In this document: piece by piece, positions 39,665 to 50,359 of the stretch | Layout of the letters: the number at the start of each line of letters is the position of its first letter | Numbering within the stretch: the first letter of the stretch is position 1 | Source of the DNA: Spirochaetota bacterium | GTDB taxonomy: Bacteria > Spirochaetota > UBA4802 > UBA5550 | DNA: 64,000 bases | NCBI GenBank assembly: GCA_963664815.2 | Contig: CAXXHB010000003.1 | Span: forward strand, 96,001 to 160,000 | Direction: 5' to 3' | Made by a program: the position numbers and the translations under genes | The notes under the pieces: model-generated | Told to the model about the DNA's origin: nothing | Seen by the model: only the letters and a program-made list of their open reading frames with translations | The model's database searches: none

Positions 39665-39819
39665 GTCTGAACATGATTCCGGGATTATGAGATATGTAGA
39701 CTCGTTTTGAATGGTGAGAATCTTTCAATCTTTGTAATCGTGTTTAAATATTTATTATATTTAATATTAACTGATACCGATAATATGATGGATAAACCTG
39801 TTCCGGCAGAAATTTAATA

Positions 39820-41253
39820 ATGAAAAAAAAATATATTGTAATTACATTAACATTCCTCTTTTTAGCGTCTTCGTTATGGGCAGGGTCATTTATTAATATC
39901 AGCAGCATTGATACCAGGACCGATTTCCCACGTGTAAAGCTTAACCTGACGGTAGTTGATCCTGACAGCAGGGGAATAAAGGGCCTCGATGAGGAGAATA
40001 TACTTGTTTATGAAGATGGTTACAGGGTAAATTATGTAAAAGTAAAGGATATATCCTCTTCAACGGATCCGCTTTATCTTGTCTTTGCTATTGATTCAAG
40101 CAAAAGTATCAGTAAAGATTATCTTGAAAGGATAAAGAGAAACGCCGGTGATATTGTCGATTCAGCCGGTGAAAATGACAGGATTGCAGTTATTCGTTTT
40201 AATGATAAAATGAATTTCCTTAACAACTTCACGTCAAACAGGATAGAGCTTGTTAAAAGCATAAAAAGTATCGAGCGGCACGGATCAAACACTGTAATGT
40301 ATGATGCGATTTATGATTCAATCGAATTTCTCAGCCGTATTAAAAGCGGCCGGAAAGGAGTTGTCGTTTTCACGGATGGCAAAGACGAGGGGAGTTCTCT
40401 TTCCGATGATGATATAATCAGGTTTGGAAAAGAGACAGGTGTCCCGGTTTACTTTATGACCTCATCGGCTTGTAAAAATTCAATCCCGCTGAGCCGGATA
40501 GCAAAGCTCACAGGGGGGACACATATATCCTGCGGAGATAAAAATATAACCGGAATATACAGAATAATACTTTCCCGCATTAAAAATATCTATGAAATTT
40601 ATTACCAGTCAATTGTAAAGAGAGACAACGGCAAACATTTACTTGAGGTACGGCTGAAATATGGTGAACTGAAAGACAGGGATACCGCTGAGTTCATTGC
40701 TGAAAGGGATTTTTTCAGGATAGATTTTCCTGACGGATCATATATTATACTCTCGGTTCTGGTAATTCTTTTAATGGTGCTGTTGTTTTTTTTGATGTTT
40801 ATTTTCTTTAAAAAGAGTCGGGAGAGGTATATAAAGATAAAAGAGGAGCAGGGATTTAATCCCGGTATTTATACCGGCGAGATTTCTGTGGAGGATCTTC
40901 AGCCGCGGGAAAGCTTTGATGAGGGCGCCCCCAGGGAGATTCCTGATGTTTTGTATTCACAGGTGTGGCTGCAGCATAAAACCGACCGTGGGACTGGTGA
41001 AAAGTTCCAGATGATTAAGAGTGAAATTACAATAGGCTCCGGAGAGGAAAATGCAATCCAGATTGAAGATGATGATGTTTCCGGCAAGCATTCACGGATA
41101 CGGAGAATTGAAGGTGGTTATTACATTTATGATCTTGTTTCTGACAGTGGAACATTCCTGAACGGAAGAAAGCTTCTCCGTCCAAAACTTCTTCATGACT
41201 GGGATGAGATTACTATCGGGAAAACAATCTTAATCTTCCGAGCTATAAGATAG
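39820..41253 (+). CDS. Type I membrane protein: exported vWA domain, TM helix, cytoplasmic FHA domain
   Basis: Signal peptide; MIDAS DSSKS...T...FTDG; TM near aa 308-330; FHA ITIG...VSGKH...DL.S..GTFLNG. Confidence 0.88.
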   Translation: MKKKYIVITLTFLFLASSLWAGSFINISSIDTRTDFPRVKLNLTVVDPDSRGIKGLDEENILVYEDGYRVNYVKVKDISSSTDPLYLVFAIDSSKSISKDYLERIKRNAGDIVDSAGENDRIAVIRFNDKMNFLNNFTSNRIELVKSIKSIERHGSNTVMYDAIYDSIEFLSRIKSGRKGVVVFTDGKDEGSSLSDDDIIRFGKETGVPVYFMTSSACKNSIPLSRIAKLTGGTHISCGDKNITGIYRIILSRIKNIYEIYYQSIVKRDNGKHLLEVRLKYGELKDRDTAEFIAERDFFRIDFPDGSYIILSVLVILLMVLLFFLMFIFFKKSRERYIKIKEEQGFNPGIYTGEISVEDLQPRESFDEGAPREIPDVLYSQVWLQHKTDRGTGEKFQMIKSEITIGSGEENAIQIEDDDVSGKHSRIRRIEGGYYIYDLVSDSGTFLNGRKLLRPKLLHDWDEITIGKTILIFRAIR

Positions 41254-41522
41254 AACTTTTTATTTTTTAAACCAGCCATTTTGAACAGCTACGGCATCAA
41301 TTTTTATACGATAACAATTCTGATCATGTTTAATGTAAATATTTTACCTCTATCATTAATGAGACATAAAATTTTATTGACATTTTCATCACTTTTCAGA
41401 CAAAATATTATGTCATATTATAATCTTGAATATTAACTTAATGCAATTATATTTTCAGTCCCTTTAACAGGCTGATTTCTGATTGTTTATCAGATATAAA
41501 CATCTTCTTTAAGGATCGTGCG

Positions 41523-43670
41523 ATGATACTAAATTTAATTACATTTGTTGCATGTTTTATAATGCTTATTCTCTTCCGGAGACTTGACAGGGCTAATCTT
41601 AAAATGGCAAAACTTCGAAGGTACTCATCAAAGGTATTTGATGAATTCAAGAAAATGAGCGAGAAGGAGAGCCGAAAGTTTCAGGATGCGACTATTGAGA
41701 TAGATATATTGATTAAAAAATCGGGTGCGCTGGCAAAGAATATGTCTGAGTCTATTAAAGAGATTGAAAACAGACTTCATGGTCTTGACATAGAAAAGAC
41801 AAATCTTAAAAAAGTTGATGAGGATATAAAAGTAATTTCATCTGCGGCGAAAGATGTTAATAAGCAGATACAGTTTATCGCATCAGCAAGGGACAATTTT
41901 ACAGATATAGCAAAAAAAGTGACCTTCCTTTCAGAGAATGTTGATAATCTTAATGGTCAGCTCACTCATATGGCAGGAAATTTTGAAGAGAAGCTTAGAG
42001 TCAGGTCGCGCGAAATTTCTGAAGAGTTTTACATGCAGGCGGAAAATATTAAAGGGGAACTTGAATCCAGAATATCTGATTCCGGAGATCTTCTTCTTGA
42101 AAACTTCAAGATAAAAATAGCTCCTCTCATCAGAAACGTTGAAAGCGCCGATTCACTTCAGGTTCAGATTGCCGGGATGAAAGATACATTCATGGCGATG
42201 GAGAACACATTTTTTGACCAGTTTACACTGAAGTCGAGAGATTTGAAAGCTGAAGTAAATGATAACATCGATAAGCTTTCCCAGAAACTGAAAAATGTTG
42301 AGATTACAGTTGATGAATCGAAAGGCAGGCTGATAAGCACTTTCGAACAGGAAGTGGATAAAATCAGGACAGAAATTGACAATTTAAACATACATGCGGT
42401 TTCCAAAAAAGATGAAATAGTTCAGGCTGCACGAAGGGAAGCTGAGGGAATAAGAAAGAAAATTGAGGATTTCGAAGACAGGTTTGTTGAACTTGAGAAC
42501 AGGATTATAGATACAGCTGAAGAGAAAATAAACAGTATAGATTCCGATTACCAGTCTATTGAGCTGAGACTTAACACAATGCTTGTAAGGCTTAAGGATG
42601 AAGAGACAAACATCGGAAGAAGAGCGGCAGACCAGAATGATATTCTGCAGAAAAACTTCAATGATCTTGAAAGCCGTCTCGGGGAGATTCGTAATGAAAT
42701 AATGCGTTATGAACAGAACAACGATATATTCGGTAAAACAGATCAGCTTATGAAAAAAGTGAACGAAGCAGTAGGCCAGCTCAACCATGTACTTGAGGAT
42801 GCACAAAAGGAATCAAGGGAACTGGAAAAATTTGTTGCCGATATAGATCAGATTAAAGAACTGAAGAAAATGGCAGACAAAGAGATCAGAACCTACTACG
42901 CGAAGAAAGAAAAGCTTGCTGATATCGAGAGTGAAGTGAAAAATCTTATGGAGGTTAATGATCTGGTAGTTAATAAATCAGACAAGCTTCTTGAGAATGT
43001 TTCGAGGATTGATGCGGTTAATTCTCGTATTGATGCACTTTCCGAAACCTATGGTGCGGTTGAACGAAGAATAAATGAACTTCATCAGTATGAAGATATT
43101 ATTTCCAGAAATCTTGATTCCGTAAACAAATCAGATATTATTATACAGACAATAGACAGCAGAATTCAGGCTTTCGAGAAGGTGATAGACAGATCTGACA
43201 GACGTGTGGAAAAGATTGGCAGTCATCTTAAGCGGATTGAGGAGGAGACTCTGATTCTTAAAACAAAAGAGAATGATATAAGAGATCTAAGAGACAGGCT
43301 GAATGAGCTTGATGGTCTTTCAGATCATATGGAAGAACGTGTTAAACAGATTCATGCCATGTTTACAAAGGTTGAAACTATAAGGAAAGAGATTGATGTT
43401 ACTGATAACAGGCTTCAGGATATGATTCACCAGACTGATATGAAGATGAGAGAATTCTCGGATTTTATACAGGCTGTTGACAATAATAATCCTATTCTTA
43501 AACAGGTGAAGGGTGATATTAAGATGATGCCCGGTAAAAATCTGAGCGATAACATTGTTAAAACAGTAAGAGAACTTTCAAATAAAGGATGGGATCCTGA
43601 AGCTATATCAAAAAAACTTATGGTTGATGAAAATTCTGTCAGATTTATTATAAATACAACTCTTCTCTAG
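41523..43670 (+). CDS. Spirochaetal membrane-anchored coiled-coil protein (SpiroCoCo-like)
   Basis: N-terminal TM followed by RRLDRAN.KMAKLRRY, long heptad repeats, and a C-terminal HTH-like GWDPEAISKKL..DENSVRFI. Confidence 0.75.
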   Translation: MILNLITFVACFIMLILFRRLDRANLKMAKLRRYSSKVFDEFKKMSEKESRKFQDATIEIDILIKKSGALAKNMSESIKEIENRLHGLDIEKTNLKKVDEDIKVISSAAKDVNKQIQFIASARDNFTDIAKKVTFLSENVDNLNGQLTHMAGNFEEKLRVRSREISEEFYMQAENIKGELESRISDSGDLLLENFKIKIAPLIRNVESADSLQVQIAGMKDTFMAMENTFFDQFTLKSRDLKAEVNDNIDKLSQKLKNVEITVDESKGRLISTFEQEVDKIRTEIDNLNIHAVSKKDEIVQAARREAEGIRKKIEDFEDRFVELENRIIDTAEEKINSIDSDYQSIELRLNTMLVRLKDEETNIGRRAADQNDILQKNFNDLESRLGEIRNEIMRYEQNNDIFGKTDQLMKKVNEAVGQLNHVLEDAQKESRELEKFVADIDQIKELKKMADKEIRTYYAKKEKLADIESEVKNLMEVNDLVVNKSDKLLENVSRIDAVNSRIDALSETYGAVERRINELHQYEDIISRNLDSVNKSDIIIQTIDSRIQAFEKVIDRSDRRVEKIGSHLKRIEEETLILKTKENDIRDLRDRLNELDGLSDHMEERVKQIHAMFTKVETIRKEIDVTDNRLQDMIHQTDMKMREFSDFIQAVDNNNPILKQVKGDIKMMPGKNLSDNIVKTVRELSNKGWDPEAISKKLMVDENSVRFIINTTLL

Positions 43671-43875
43671 AATTATTTCACCGAATTATAACACCACACC
43701 GTTTTTTTATGTTTATGTTCAGATTTTATTGGATTTAATTCATTAAAATCAGGGCATAGATATAATTATTTTAAAAATATTTTTTTAATTTTTCTTTAAT
43801 AAAAAAATCACTAATATATAAGGTATTTTATATATTTAATAATATCCAGATTAAATTTTCCGGAGGTTCTGGTTT

Positions 43876-44229
43876 ATGAAAAAAACTGTTCTGCTTGTTG
43901 ATGACGAGGAGATTATAAGACTTACTTCCGGAGAAATAATGGAAGAACTCGGTTATAATGTGATTGTTGCAGGCTCCGGAAATGAGGCGCTGGAAATATT
44001 TAAAAACAGATGCCATGAGATTGCATTTGTTTTTCTCGATATGACTCTGCCCGATTATTCCGGAATGGATCTTCTGCTTGAAATGAAAAAAATTTCTTCA
44101 GGCATTAAATTTCTTCTTACTTCGGGATACCGTGTTGACATGACAGGCATAAATAACGAAGCGATTTTTATACAGAAGCCATATACAATTTCTGAGTTAA
44201 GTACGAAATTACATGAATTAATCTGTTGA
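43876..44229 (+). CDS. Single-domain response regulator (CheY-like)
   Basis: LVDDE, FLDMTLP, TSGY, QKPY; GGAGG RBS. Confidence 0.93.
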   Translation: MKKTVLLVDDEEIIRLTSGEIMEELGYNVIVAGSGNEALEIFKNRCHEIAFVFLDMTLPDYSGMDLLLEMKKISSGIKFLLTSGYRVDMTGINNEAIFIQKPYTISELSTKLHELIC

Positions 44230-44237
44230 TTTTTCAA

Positions 44238-44990
44238 TTATACAGGTTTATGAAGATGACTACGGTTAGACCCAATTTCTCTGGCTTTATGGAGCGCAAT
44301 TTCTGTGTTGTGTATAAGAATATCTGCTGAGTTAGCTGAATCGGCAGATACTGAAGAGATTCCCAGAGTTATAGTAACAGGTCTTGCGTCTTTATGGTAT
44401 TTATATTCTTCAACTCTTGATCTCAGTTTTTCAGCAAGAACAAGCGCTCCTCTGTCATCTGTATTCGGAACAAGAATTGAGAATTCCTCATCACTATAGC
44501 GTGCGACAATATCAGTAACACGACATGAAGGTTTTATTATGTATGCAATATTCTGAAGTATAATATCTCCGGCTTTCAATCCATAGGTAATATTATATGT
44601 TTTGAATGAATCAATATTAGCAATAATTAATGATAAGGGATAATTGTATCTCTTTGCTCTTTCAAACTCCTCATCTAATTTTTGAAAAAAATGGCTTCTG
44701 TTTAAAAGGGATGTCAGGTCATCAGTAACCGTAAGAATATCAATTTTCTCTTCCAGTTTTATTTGTATTCTCATTGAAAAGTACACTGATATAAAAAGAA
44801 CAGAAAAAAAAGAAATGAATAAAATACCAGAAGTAATAATAAAATACTTACTATACAGAAAGTTAAATTTTTCAGGATATAATTTATTATAAATATTCAA
44901 AGCAACAAAACCTGTGTTAAAAAACAGTAATAAAATTATATTTATTTTTATTATAATATAAAGACGTTTATTATTGCTTTTTGTTCCCAT
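44238..44990 (-). CDS. Membrane-anchored degenerate GGDEF-domain protein
   Basis: Two TMs; TDDLTSLLNR; ANIDSFK; RVTD I-site; ARYSDEEF in place of RYGG(D/E)EF. Confidence 0.88.
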   Translation of the reverse strand: MGTKSNNKRLYIIIKINIILLLFFNTGFVALNIYNKLYPEKFNFLYSKYFIITSGILFISFFSVLFISVYFSMRIQIKLEEKIDILTVTDDLTSLLNRSHFFQKLDEEFERAKRYNYPLSLIIANIDSFKTYNITYGLKAGDIILQNIAYIIKPSCRVTDIVARYSDEEFSILVPNTDDRGALVLAEKLRSRVEEYKYHKDARPVTITLGISSVSADSANSADILIHNTEIALHKAREIGSNRSHLHKPV

Positions 44991-45161
44991 TTATTTTCCC
45001 TGTTTTAATAAGTGCATTCAATAAAATCCTATTAGAAAAATTCTTTTCCGGAATAATATAATAATACTACATTAATAAAATTATTATAAAAAACAAAAAA
45101 ATGGGTAGAATATAAGTGTTTTTTTAATATTAATATTATTGAATTATCAGATGTATTAATG

Positions 45162-45194
45162 TCCTTAAAAACGCCGTAGCGACGTTTTTAAGGA
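45162..45194 (-). terminator. Stem-loop downstream of the GT2 gene
   Basis: Minus strand TCCTTAAAAACGTCG-CTA-CGGCGTTTTTAAGGA (15 bp with one G-U). Confidence 0.75.
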
Positions 45195-45205
45195 TTTTGC
45201 CGGAG

Positions 45206-46729
45206 TTACTTATTCTTTCTGCTGAAAAACATAGTAATTGGAGTGTTGACAATACTTAAGAGTGATGTATAGAAGAAACCTAACTGAAAAAGTAAAATCA
45301 GAGGTAATGAAACATACAGGTCGTTAGCATATGTAAAATATACAGCATACGTCATATAAAAAGCAAGCATCAGTTCGATTATTGATACTGCATCAATTTT
45401 TCGGGTCCGATAAACATTCCCGAAAACATTTTTCATTCTTGATGAAAAAGATTTATCCTCTCCGTCAGAGACATTATATTTCGGAGTTCTGTTAAAAGGA
45501 CTCTGTTTATGGATAAGAGCCTCAATTACTGCTTTTGAGTTGTTAATACAGAGTCCAATACCTATAGCTATAACAAAAGGGAGGAAATAAAGTGGTTTTG
45601 ATAGTGACCTGTTCTTAACGCTTAAAGTCTCTTTAATTACTACATATTCAGTATAAAAGTAAAAAAGGAATACGGAAAGAGTTGCGCAGATAAAAATTGG
45701 TATATCAAGATAAAGGAGTTTTTTATAACCGTTATTAAATCTTATTATAAGAATCACCGGCATCAACAGGGTCATAACTGTCATTAAGGCATAAGCGAAG
45801 TTTGCACCTATATGAAAAAAAGCTTCAATTTTAACATTTAAAGGGATATCGGCTTTTATTATTTCACCTTTGATTTTAAGGAAGGTCTGGATGGAACCCT
45901 TTGCCCATCTGAACTGTTGTGATTTGAATGCAGTCATCTCAATGGGAAGTTCTGCCGGAACTGTTAAATCCGGAAGATAAATAAAATTCCAGCCTTTTAA
46001 CTGTGCCCTGTAGCTGAGGTCAAGATCTTCAGTGAGAGTATCATGCTGCCATCCGCCGGCATCTATAATTGTAGTTTTTCTCCAGATTCCTGCTGTTCCG
46101 TTGAAATTAAAGAATCGTCCCGAACGGTTTCTTGCAGTATGTTCTATCATAAAATGACCATCGAGAAGTATGCTCTGACATTCTGTAAGGAGAGAGTATC
46201 TTCTATTGACATGATCCCATCGTGCCTGGATCATTCCTATATTTTCATCTGTAAAATAATGTACGGTTCTTTCGAGAAAATCTTCAGGAGGCAGAAAATC
46301 AGCATCAAAAATGGCTATAAACTCACCATCGGTCATTTTCAATCCATTTTCAAGAGCTCCAGCTTTAAAACCTGAGCGGTCTGTTCTGTGGATATAGTTT
46401 ATATTGAATCCTTCTTCCCGTTTTTCATCACACTTCTTTTTTGCAATCTCCTGAGTTTCGTCTGTAGAATCATCCAGTAACTGGATTTCCATCAGATTTT
46501 TTGGATAGCGTATTTTAGAAACATATTCAATAAGTCTTTCAACAACATATTTTTCGTTAAAAACAGGAAGCTGTATAGTTACTCTGGGTAAACTGGAAAA
46601 CTGTGAAAGAGGAGTTATAATTTCATGCCTGTGCTTTTTAAAAAGATAAATCGTATAATACCTGTTTGCACCATATATTGAAAGCAGAAATAATATGAGA
46701 AGGTAAAATACTATCGTAAAAGTTTCCAT
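45206..46729 (-). CDS. Processive GT2 glycosyltransferase, cellulose-synthase-like (CslA/mannan-synthase type)
   Basis: QLPVFNE, LDDSTD, GFKAGAL, FDADF, FNGTAG, TEDLD and QQFRW (D,D,D,QxxRW); TM helices; no PilZ domain visible. Confidence 0.93.
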   Translation of the reverse strand: METFTIVFYLLILFLLSIYGANRYYTIYLFKKHRHEIITPLSQFSSLPRVTIQLPVFNEKYVVERLIEYVSKIRYPKNLMEIQLLDDSTDETQEIAKKKCDEKREEGFNINYIHRTDRSGFKAGALENGLKMTDGEFIAIFDADFLPPEDFLERTVHYFTDENIGMIQARWDHVNRRYSLLTECQSILLDGHFMIEHTARNRSGRFFNFNGTAGIWRKTTIIDAGGWQHDTLTEDLDLSYRAQLKGWNFIYLPDLTVPAELPIEMTAFKSQQFRWAKGSIQTFLKIKGEIIKADIPLNVKIEAFFHIGANFAYALMTVMTLLMPVILIIRFNNGYKKLLYLDIPIFICATLSVFLFYFYTEYVVIKETLSVKNRSLSKPLYFLPFVIAIGIGLCINNSKAVIEALIHKQSPFNRTPKYNVSDGEDKSFSSRMKNVFGNVYRTRKIDAVSIIELMLAFYMTYAVYFTYANDLYVSLPLILLFQLGFFYTSLLSIVNTPITMFFSRKNK

Positions 46730-47234
46730 AAATTTTTCAGTCCTTGTATTGAAACAAAATTCATTTTCTGATTTTTATGTTTAATCCGGATAAACTACTA
46801 TTTAAAAGTTAAACATCTTTCTTCTAAAAACCAGTATCAAAAAGCCTAAATAAAAATCAACAACTACATGAAAAAAAGTTACATGAAAATTTCAATCCAA
46901 AATTTTTTTTAAGTACAAATTGGTACAAAGGCTAATCATATAATGTTATTCAAATGAGGTTTTAATTAAAGATAAAGATAAAATATTTTTATTTAACTGC
47001 ATTGCATATGACAGCTGAAATAAAAGTTCAGAGGATTTAACCTGGATATGAGGAACTATAAACTTTGAAAGTGGAATAATTAGTTGCTTCATTAAACAGC
47101 AATATGTAATCTGCCGGAAATAAAACTCTATACCTGCCGAACAGTTAAGCGCATAATCTTTTGTTTTGTTGGTGTTTTAAGTGCATTCATAGTTTTTTTA
47201 AATATATAATCAGGGATTAAAGGATTTTTTACTA

Positions 47235-48365
47235 ATGAAGAGCAAGGAAAAATTTTACTATCTTGATCTTCTTCGCGGCTGGGCGATGATTATTATGGTA
47301 GAAGTTCATGTTTTTAATGCGTTCTTAAGACCGGAGATAAAAAAAGAGGGATGGTTTTCAGTTCTTAATTTTATTAATGGGATGGTGGCTCCATCATTTA
47401 TTTTTATAGCTGGCTTTGCCTTTATTCTTTCATCTAAGAACAATATTGATGAACTCAGGCAATTTGGAGATAAATTCCGAAAAAAGATGGGAAGAATAGG
47501 GCTGATTTTTTTTGTAGGGTATCTTTGCCATATACCATATTTTTCCATGAGGAATAATTTTCTGTACACCGATCCCGGTTTACTGAAAAGTTTTTATAAT
47601 GTTGATGTTCTACAGTGCATTGGGGCAGGTATGCTTCTTCTTTTCATCACAAGGCTGGTAATCAGCTCTGATCGTATATATGATGCTTTTATCGTTGCTG
47701 CGATGCTTTGTTTTGTCCTTGGTGCGCCATTCGTCTGGAAGATTGATTTCAGCAGATATTTACCTCTCCCCGTAGCATGTTATTTCAATGAGATTCATGG
47801 ATCTTATTTTCCTGTTTTTCCATGGCTCGGCTTTTTATTTTCCGGTGCAGCAACATCATCATTTTTACTTAAAGCGCGAGAGAATAAAAATGAAGAGACA
47901 TTTATGAAATGCCTTCTTATTGCAGGTATATTTTTTATTGCGGTTGCTTTTCCTCTTGTTGCATGGCTTGAAACATTTTCCTGGTTTGAGGTTAAGTCAA
48001 GTCCGGTTTTTTTTATTCAGCGTCTTGGTGTGATTTTTATTCTGCTTTATAGCTTCAGATTATATTGTAAGAAGAGGGGAGAGAGGGAATCTTTCTTCCT
48101 GGACATGAGCAGAGAATCACTGCTTGTTTACTGGCTTCATCTTCAGATTATTTATAGAATACTTATTAACGGGAAAAATATAGATAGTATGGTAAATAAG
48201 ACTTTTGGTGTAATTGAATGCACTGCAGCAACTTCAGCTTTGCTGATACTGATGATTGCAGTTGCAATAATTTGGGGAAGTATTAAAAAGAATCATCCGG
48301 AAACCGGGAAAAAGATTTTTGCCGCAGTAATAATCGGCGGAATGTTAATGTTCAGTATATTATAA
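47235..48365 (+). CDS. DUF1624 / heparan-alpha-glucosaminide N-acetyltransferase-like membrane acyltransferase
   Basis: LDLLRGWAMIIMVEVH, APSFIFIAG, DVLQCIG, FPVFPW, SLLVYWLH; about 10 TMs. Confidence 0.85.
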   Translation: MKSKEKFYYLDLLRGWAMIIMVEVHVFNAFLRPEIKKEGWFSVLNFINGMVAPSFIFIAGFAFILSSKNNIDELRQFGDKFRKKMGRIGLIFFVGYLCHIPYFSMRNNFLYTDPGLLKSFYNVDVLQCIGAGMLLLFITRLVISSDRIYDAFIVAAMLCFVLGAPFVWKIDFSRYLPLPVACYFNEIHGSYFPVFPWLGFLFSGAATSSFLLKARENKNEETFMKCLLIAGIFFIAVAFPLVAWLETFSWFEVKSSPVFFIQRLGVIFILLYSFRLYCKKRGERESFFLDMSRESLLVYWLHLQIIYRILINGKNIDSMVNKTFGVIECTAATSALLILMIAVAIIWGSIKKNHPETGKKIFAAVIIGGMLMFSIL

Positions 48366-48366
48366 A

Positions 48367-48849
48367 ATGAATAAAATGATAACATTCAGGCACGCCGATG
48401 AAACCGATTTTGATATGATTCTTAATCTTGAAAAAGAATCATTCAACCGGTACGACAGACTTGACCTGAAAACATTAAATGAACTTTTTTCTGAATTCAG
48501 GGAGGGATTTTACATCATACTGGCGGATGGAGTTATAGCGGGGTACTCGGTTTTTCTTGTTGAGGATGGAGCGGGATATATTGAATCAATTGCGATCAGT
48601 AAAAATTACAGGCGTTGCGGATTTGGACTTATCACACTTCGGTTTATAATGAGCCGGATTGCAGATATGAGTATAAACAGGATTGACCTGCATGTGCGCT
48701 TTGACAATAATGCCGCTATGGCTCTTTATGAAAAAGTGGGTTTTGTTAGAAAGAAAATAGTTGAAGGTTTTTATACAGATGGAGAATCTGCGTATCTCTA
48801 TTCTTTTTCTTTCTGCAGCATATCAGAAAATAATTCAGTTAAAGGTTAA
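48367..48849 (+). CDS. GNAT family N-acetyltransferase (RimI-like)
   Basis: IESIAISKNYRRCGFG acetyl-CoA motif; LHVRFDNNAAMALYEKVGF...FYTDGESA. Confidence 0.88.
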   Translation: MNKMITFRHADETDFDMILNLEKESFNRYDRLDLKTLNELFSEFREGFYIILADGVIAGYSVFLVEDGAGYIESIAISKNYRRCGFGLITLRFIMSRIADMSINRIDLHVRFDNNAAMALYEKVGFVRKKIVEGFYTDGESAYLYSFSFCSISENNSVKG

Positions 48850-48853
48850 CCGG

Positions 48854-49468
48854 ATGTCTGAGCTGATATTTTATCTTGATATTTTCGGGACAATTTCATT
48901 TGCCGTGTCCGCTTCGTTAATGGCATATAAAAAAAATCTTGACCCGTTCGGTATTCTTGTTATATCAATTATAACATCAATTGGCGGCGGCACACTCAGG
49001 GATATACTTTTGAGGAACTATCCGATATTCTGGATAGATCATATTATATATTTAATAGTAATAATTATATCATCTCTTGTTACTCAGGTATTTATCCGGT
49101 ATATATCCAGGATTACAAATATACTCCTGATATTCGATGCAATAGGAATTGGCGTTTTTACAGTAATAGGTATTAAAATCTCGATTAATTTTAATATTAA
49201 TCCTCTAATATCAATCATGATGGGGACGATAACGGCAGTTTTTGGCGGACTTTTAAGAGATGTGTTATACAATGAAATTCCGGTTATTCTTCATAAGGAA
49301 TTATACGCGACACTCTGTATAACAGGCGGCATAATATTTTTTCTTTTAAAATTTGCAGCTATATCTGTTGAATTAAACTATACTGTTTCAATGCTCTTCA
49401 TTATTATAACACGGATAATTGCGATAAAATATAATCTTTCACTTAAATCATTAACATTTATAAGATAG
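48854..49468 (+). CDS. Trimeric intracellular cation channel family protein (UPF0126, YadS/YicG-like)
   Basis: Duplicated GGGTLRD / FGGLLRD motifs, DAIGIGVF, ELYAT; start reassigned to ATG 48854. Confidence 0.92.
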   Translation: MSELIFYLDIFGTISFAVSASLMAYKKNLDPFGILVISIITSIGGGTLRDILLRNYPIFWIDHIIYLIVIIISSLVTQVFIRYISRITNILLIFDAIGIGVFTVIGIKISINFNINPLISIMMGTITAVFGGLLRDVLYNEIPVILHKELYATLCITGGIIFFLLKFAAISVELNYTVSMLFIIITRIIAIKYNLSLKSLTFIR

Positions 49469-49477
49469 AAACTGCTG

Positions 49478-50359
49478 TCAGACAGAGTATTTATTCCCGT
49501 GCTCTTCCGCTTTTCTATAGAATTTTTTAATAAACTCGATATCTATCTTTTTTTTTACTCTTCTGTTCCTGTTCAGTTCCTCTTCGAGCCTGGTGAGAAT
49601 ATTTTCTTTATCGCTTATTATATCATTCATCGACTTTTTTGAGAATATATATCCGGAAGGGCAATTGAAATACTCGCCAACCAGTTCCCTGAATATCCAG
49701 ATTGTTTTTCCAAGTTCTTTTTTTTCTCTGGGTAATTTCCTGAAACCGGGAAATTTTTCTTTATAGAGCTGGTATTGATCTACAATAAAGTTTTTATCTG
49801 AAACCTGAGAAGAACTATCAAGATATTTATTGTAAAGACTTTTCTTTTTTAAGTCGTCTTCAAATTTTTCGTTAATTACCAGAAGGTGTAAAACATCATT
49901 TATCGCATATTCAATGAGGTCATCTTTGATCGGCCGTTTTAACCAGTTGGCTCTTTGAAAAGAATCTTTAACTTTTTTATCGATCCCGATATATTCCGCA
50001 AGATTGATTTTTAGACCCAGCAGCTTTTGTGCAATGGCAATATCTCTGATTGGTTTTATGGAATAACCCAGAACATTCTGAGTCATAAAGAGATCGTTTT
50101 CGCTTGAAAACATAATCTTTATTATATCGGGTGCAGTTAGAAAAGAACGGAGGGCCTCTGATTTTGCATTTTTTAATACATCAATTATTACAGGTGTAGT
50201 TCCATCAAAACATTGAAATATAGATATGGAATATTTATATTTTATTGATCCCTGGTCTCCTTCAAGATCGAGGGCAATTTTCTTAATATTCTCTTTTCTG
50301 AGATATTCAAGGTAAGATGAAATTTCATTTTCAGTGGATATGATTTTAATATTCAGCAT
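49478..50359 (-). CDS. rnd: Ribonuclease D-like DEDDy 3'-5' exonuclease with HRDC-like C-terminus
   Basis: ALDLEG, ENDL, FQRANWLKRP, YAINDV motifs; WIFRE...NCPSGYIF. Confidence 0.8.
   Translation of the reverse strand: MLNIKIISTENEISSYLEYLRKENIKKIALDLEGDQGSIKYKYSISIFQCFDGTTPVIIDVLKNAKSEALRSFLTAPDIIKIMFSSENDLFMTQNVLGYSIKPIRDIAIAQKLLGLKINLAEYIGIDKKVKDSFQRANWLKRPIKDDLIEYAINDVLHLLVINEKFEDDLKKKSLYNKYLDSSSQVSDKNFIVDQYQLYKEKFPGFRKLPREKKELGKTIWIFRELVGEYFNCPSGYIFSKKSMNDIISDKENILTRLEEELNRNRRVKKKIDIEFIKKFYRKAEEHGNKYSV

Noticed and set aside
48761-48853. Overlap of the GNAT and UPF0126 ORFs suggesting a frameshift or fusion
   Set aside because: An in-frame ATG at 48854, 4 nt after the GNAT stop, gives a normal-length protein.
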